This document shows, one piece after another, positions 59,986 through 64,000 of a DNA stretch of 64,000 bases. The stretch's first letter is position 1. Every line of letters begins with the position of its first letter. The stretch is from an uncultured Pseudohongiella sp. (GTDB lineage Bacteria > Pseudomonadota > Gammaproteobacteria > Pseudomonadales > Pseudohongiellaceae), in contig OZ240664.1 of the NCBI GenBank assembly GCA_965198435.1, forward strand, positions 966,675 through 1,030,674. The letters are read 5' to 3'. Below the pieces are notes generated by a model. It was not told where the DNA came from. It was given only the letters and a program-made list of their open reading frames with translations, and made no database searches. The translations under genes were made by a program, and so were the position numbers.

Positions 59986-60114
59986 TTAATTACCTACGTT
60001 GTTATTGCTGCGTTAAAAATCAGCTCAAAATGCGCATTTATGACCTATAAACTGCGCTTTTTCGCTGATTTTTGCCTTGCACTAACTGCCTTGCAAACAT
60101 TAATCAGAGGCTCC
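59975..60114 (+). mobile_element. MITE-A copy A16 (140 bp, F)
   Basis: Flanks CTAA/CTAG (1 mismatch). Lies 6 bp downstream of the D-aminoacylase stop and forms the right edge of the phage-remnant block. Confidence 0.9.
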
Positions 60115-60120
60115 CTAGAG

Positions 60121-61719
60121 CTAGTTACCGGTGTAACCTGGTCCATAAAGGACGCGCCCAGGACGAGCACCGGCATGGCTGCCATCTTCTACAACTACCT
60201 CGCCGTTGACTAACACGTACCTCATGCCAATCGCATATTGATGGGGATCTTCAAACGTGGCTTTGTCAGTTATTTGATTGGCATCGAAAACTGCAATGTC
60301 AGCGAAGTAGCCACTGGTAATTAATCCGCGATCATGAATATTCAATCGACGCGCAGACTGGCTACTCATTTTCTTAACGGCTTCTTCCAACGTGATAACT
60401 CCACGCTCACGGACGAAGTGTCCGAGTACCCGTGCAAACGTACCATACTGTCTCGGATGAGGGGCGCCTTCACCAAAAATACCCACGGGCCCGTCGGAAC
60501 CGATTGATGTCGCAGGATGTTGCATAATGCGAACCACATCATCTGGACCAATAGCATGATAAACTGCGGTAGCGCCCCCACCCTGAATAATGTCGAATAC
60601 AACATCCGCCGCATTTTCAGGCGTCGGATCCATATTGGCCTCTTTGGTCAGCTCTGCGAGATTTTTCCCCGCCATTGCCGGATTCCAGCTATTGCGGGAA
60701 ATAAATATATTCTTGGGATCACCTCCACCTCGATCATAGAGAATCAAATTAACGACTTCGTTCTTGATGGCAGGCCGAGTCTCCTGACTCATGATTCTGG
60801 AGAGCAATTGTTCGCGACCGCCTTCCTGAGCCCATTGTGGAATCAAAGCATTAATGCTGGTCTGGGAAGCTGTGTAAGGATACTGGTCGATGGTGATATC
60901 TACACCGCGCGCTCTTGCCTCATCCACCAAACGAAGACTTTCAACAGAAGCCCCCCAGTTCTGCACACCAATTACTTTGTGATGCGTCATTTGCACAGGA
61001 ATATTGGCTTCTTCCCCAATTCGGATGGTTTCATTGACTGAGTCTAAAAGCGCAAACGCTTCATTGCGCATATGAGAGATATAGATTCCGCCATACTCAG
61101 ACGCAACTTTTGAAAGCTCTATGACCTCTTCTGTAGGCGTAAAGCTGCCAGGCACATAAAACAAACCCGTAGAAATACCCAAGGCACCTTGCTCCATGGC
61201 TTCCTTGACCATTTGCTTCATGCGTTCCATTTCAGCGGGGGTGGCTTCACGATCTTCCGCACCGATAACAGCGCTGCGGATGGTGCCCTGGCCGACAAAA
61301 ACAGCCCAGTTGGGACTTATCTGAAGATCTTCGATTGCGCGGTAATGTTCGTCGATGGGAAAAGGTGAGGATCCATCATTACCTTCCGTAAGGGTCGTAA
61401 CCCCCTGCAACAGAGCACTTTCCGCATTGGGCACGTCAAAGATGCCTTGCAGTGCATGGGTATGAGGGTCGATAAAGCCGGGCGATACCACCAGACCAGT
61501 TGCATCGATAATTCGTGATGCATTGGCATCGCCAAGATTGCCTATGGCTACGATGCGGTCATCATTAACGGCGACATCGGCGTGGTACCAAGGCGTGCCG
61601 GTCCCGTCAACTACACGACCACCACGGATTATTATGTCGAATGAATCCTGCCCGAGAACCGGTGTTAGTGTGAAGGCTGTATAAAAGCTTACAAATAGAA
61701 TGAGTAATTTATTCTTCAT
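60121..61719 (-). CDS. N-acyl-D-amino-acid deacylase (D-aminoacylase) family amidohydrolase, secreted
   Basis: 532 aa with a signal peptide. GFIDPHTH metal-binding motif and amidohydrolase fold. Confidence 0.8.
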   Translation of the reverse strand: MKNKLLILFVSFYTAFTLTPVLGQDSFDIIIRGGRVVDGTGTPWYHADVAVNDDRIVAIGNLGDANASRIIDATGLVVSPGFIDPHTHALQGIFDVPNAESALLQGVTTLTEGNDGSSPFPIDEHYRAIEDLQISPNWAVFVGQGTIRSAVIGAEDREATPAEMERMKQMVKEAMEQGALGISTGLFYVPGSFTPTEEVIELSKVASEYGGIYISHMRNEAFALLDSVNETIRIGEEANIPVQMTHHKVIGVQNWGASVESLRLVDEARARGVDITIDQYPYTASQTSINALIPQWAQEGGREQLLSRIMSQETRPAIKNEVVNLILYDRGGGDPKNIFISRNSWNPAMAGKNLAELTKEANMDPTPENAADVVFDIIQGGGATAVYHAIGPDDVVRIMQHPATSIGSDGPVGIFGEGAPHPRQYGTFARVLGHFVRERGVITLEEAVKKMSSQSARRLNIHDRGLITSGYFADIAVFDANQITDKATFEDPHQYAIGMRYVLVNGEVVVEDGSHAGARPGRVLYGPGYTGN

Positions 61720-61825
61720 TATTTTTACTCTTTGTTATTGGAATTGTTATTGGAAGTTGAGAAGGTTTGCTCAGGTACCTGAAAGTCTTAGCAGTCCTGA
61801 AAGACAGACGCCTGAGATATCTGGA

Positions 61826-63955
61826 TTACCAAATGCGAATGCGTTGCTCCGGTGGCAGATAAAGCTCATCTTCCGGTTGCACATCGAAAGCTTCATACCA
61901 CTCATCAAAATTGCGGACTACTCCGTTTACCCGAAACTGTGATGGCGAGTGTGGGTCAGTAGTCAGTCTTTGGATCAGAGCATCCTGACGGTACTTCCTT
62001 TGCCACACCTGCGCCCAGGCCATAAAGAATCGTTGGTCGCCAGTAAGGCCATCTATTACAGGTGCTTCCTCGCCGTTCAAAGCCATCTTGTAGGCACGGT
62101 AGGCCAGCGAGAGTCCACCGACATCTCCAATGTTCTCGCCAAGCGTAAATCTGCCATCAATAAAGTAACCTGGGACTGGTTGAAATCGACTGTACTGCTC
62201 AGCCAACGCATTAGCCTGTTCTTCAAACCGTGAGCGGTCATCATCTGTCCACCAGTTGCGTTGCACGCCAGCCCAGTCTGATTTCGAGCCCTGGTCGTCA
62301 AAACCATGGCCCATCTCATGGCCAATAACAGCACCAATACCGCCATAGTTTACTGCCATATCAGCAGCCGGATCAAAGAAAGGTGGCTGCAAGATGCCAG
62401 CCGGGAAAACAATTTCATTAAATGAAGAGTTGTAGTAGGCGTTAACTGTCTGTGGTGTCATACCCCATTCATCACGATCGGTTGGCTTCCCTAAACGGCT
62501 GATTTCATCTGCGTAGTTAAACTCTCTGAGCCGCTGGACGTTGCCAAACAAGTCGTCATGGCGCATCTCTAAATCAGAAAAGTCTTTCCACTTGTCCGGA
62601 TACGCAATCTTGGGACGGAAAGATTCCAGTTTACGATAGGCCTCGGCTTTGGTTTCCTCACCCATCCAGTTATTTTGAGTGATGCTTTGGCGCAATGCTT
62701 CACGCAGATTTTCAACCAATTCTTCCATCTGCTGCTTAGCAGATTCTGGAAAATGACGTTCAACATAAACCTGTCCGAGTGCCTCACCTAATCCTGCCAA
62801 GGAACCAACGCGCAATACCCCGCGTTCCCATCGTTCACGCTGCTCTGGAACGCCATTCAATATTGTGGAATAAAAATGGAATGCTTCCCGATCCAGTTCT
62901 TCTGATAGCACGTTGGCACTGTCTACAATGAAGCGATAGGTCATATAGCTGCGCCAATCTTCTACTGGCAGTGTATTAACCAAATCGATAATAGGAAGCA
63001 TGGCACTCGGATAGAAAACATTCAAATCTGTTAAATCAGCTATTCCTGCTGCGGTGAAGTACGCATCCCAATCCAAGCCAGAATATTCTGCCTTGAAGTC
63101 TTCATAACTCATTGGGTTGTAGGTTAGGTCGCGGTTGCGACGCTGAGAGCGAGGCCATGTATGCTCTGCGACCTGAGTTTCTAGCGCCAGAATGGCTTCT
63201 GCTTGTTCAGCGCTATTTTCAATGTTGACAAAATCAAAAATGCGTGTGATGTGAGCTATGTATTCTTCTCTTACTGATAAAAACTCTTCCGTGTCTTCCA
63301 GATAATAGTCGCGATCTGGCAGCCCCAATCCGCCGATCGACAAATTGAGTTGATGCCGGTCGGGGTCAGAACGATCAGCGCCAACATAGAAGCCGAATAC
63401 ACTGGCTGTGTTGTCAATTTGAGCACGTCCGAATGCTGCAATGAGTTCTTCTCGTGTATCGGTCTCGCTCAATGCAGATAAACCTTGTTCTAAAGGACTT
63501 ATGCCAAGTTCATTTAGTGTCTCCACATCCATATAGCTTAGATAGTAGTCACTAATCTTCTGCTCAATTGATCCTGCGGCTGGTTCCATGGAGGGCAGAT
63601 CGTCAATGATGGTGCGGACACGCTGGTCAGAGCGGTCGCTGAGAACCGTAAAGGATCCGTAGTTGCTGCGGCTGGCGGGCAGCTCGAAAGTATCCAGCCA
63701 CTTGCCATTGGTGTAACGGAAGAAATCATCACCCGGACGCACGCTGGGGTCCTGATGGCTAAGATCAATGCCAAATGAGCCGAGTTCCGGAGTAGCGGGC
63801 GCGCCAGCCGAGGCGTCTAATGCTGCATTGTCCGCAACAACAGAACCGGGGGTTATCGCTGTACTCTGTCCATTATCTTTTGAATCACAAGCGAACAGAA
63901 ACGCACAAAAAGTGGCTATCAGGAATCTGGTTGACGATGGCATAATGGCCTCCAA
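61826..63955 (-). CDS. M13-family zinc metallopeptidase (PepO / endothelin-converting-enzyme-like), probable lipoprotein
   Basis: HEMGHGFD zinc motif and a downstream ENIGD motif. The N-terminus has the lipobox-like FLFAC. Confidence 0.85.
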   Translation of the reverse strand: MEAIMPSSTRFLIATFCAFLFACDSKDNGQSTAITPGSVVADNAALDASAGAPATPELGSFGIDLSHQDPSVRPGDDFFRYTNGKWLDTFELPASRSNYGSFTVLSDRSDQRVRTIIDDLPSMEPAAGSIEQKISDYYLSYMDVETLNELGISPLEQGLSALSETDTREELIAAFGRAQIDNTASVFGFYVGADRSDPDRHQLNLSIGGLGLPDRDYYLEDTEEFLSVREEYIAHITRIFDFVNIENSAEQAEAILALETQVAEHTWPRSQRRNRDLTYNPMSYEDFKAEYSGLDWDAYFTAAGIADLTDLNVFYPSAMLPIIDLVNTLPVEDWRSYMTYRFIVDSANVLSEELDREAFHFYSTILNGVPEQRERWERGVLRVGSLAGLGEALGQVYVERHFPESAKQQMEELVENLREALRQSITQNNWMGEETKAEAYRKLESFRPKIAYPDKWKDFSDLEMRHDDLFGNVQRLREFNYADEISRLGKPTDRDEWGMTPQTVNAYYNSSFNEIVFPAGILQPPFFDPAADMAVNYGGIGAVIGHEMGHGFDDQGSKSDWAGVQRNWWTDDDRSRFEEQANALAEQYSRFQPVPGYFIDGRFTLGENIGDVGGLSLAYRAYKMALNGEEAPVIDGLTGDQRFFMAWAQVWQRKYRQDALIQRLTTDPHSPSQFRVNGVVRNFDEWYEAFDVQPEDELYLPPEQRIRIW

Positions 63956-64000
63956 TTATCTTTAGGTTGAGCAGAACGGGAGTATACCTGAAATTACAGC

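Overview
This is a 64-kb chromosomal segment that looks gammaproteobacterial. As I recall Pseudomonas gene order, it matches these clusters: hemW-rdgB-metW-metX-yggT-proC-yggS/pilT, ruvX-yqgE-tonB-gshB, lptM-lysA-dapF-DUF484, argH/hemCDXY, ubiD-rho-trxA-hemB, gshA, hslR and cysQ. Most genes are housekeeping genes and I saw no rRNA, tRNA or CRISPR. The main signal is non-coding. (1) A 140-bp MITE-like element (here MITE-A) has 16-bp terminal inverted repeats and 4-bp YTAR target duplications. It occurs 16 times plus one end fragment, always intergenic or in a pseudogene. In all 12 informative sites it has the same orientation relative to local transcription. It sits 4-21 bp from several start codons, donates the stop codon of ruvX, and splits a methyltransferase gene whose frame stays open once the element plus one duplication is removed. 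(2) A second family of 237-276 bp (MITE-B, 3 copies) has about 19-bp perfect inverted repeats and TA flanks, and abuts start or stop codons. (3) A decayed IS481-family IS is nested beside a MITE-B copy. Accessory DNA includes a glycosyltransferase island with a 1406-aa multi-domain enzyme carrying a coiled coil. It also includes a G+C-rich Mu-like prophage remnant bounded by MITE-A sequence, and an encapsulated-ferritin-like gene at the left edge. I found no recognisable defence or toxin system. The MITE-A family and its orientation lock is the best candidate for something undescribed.
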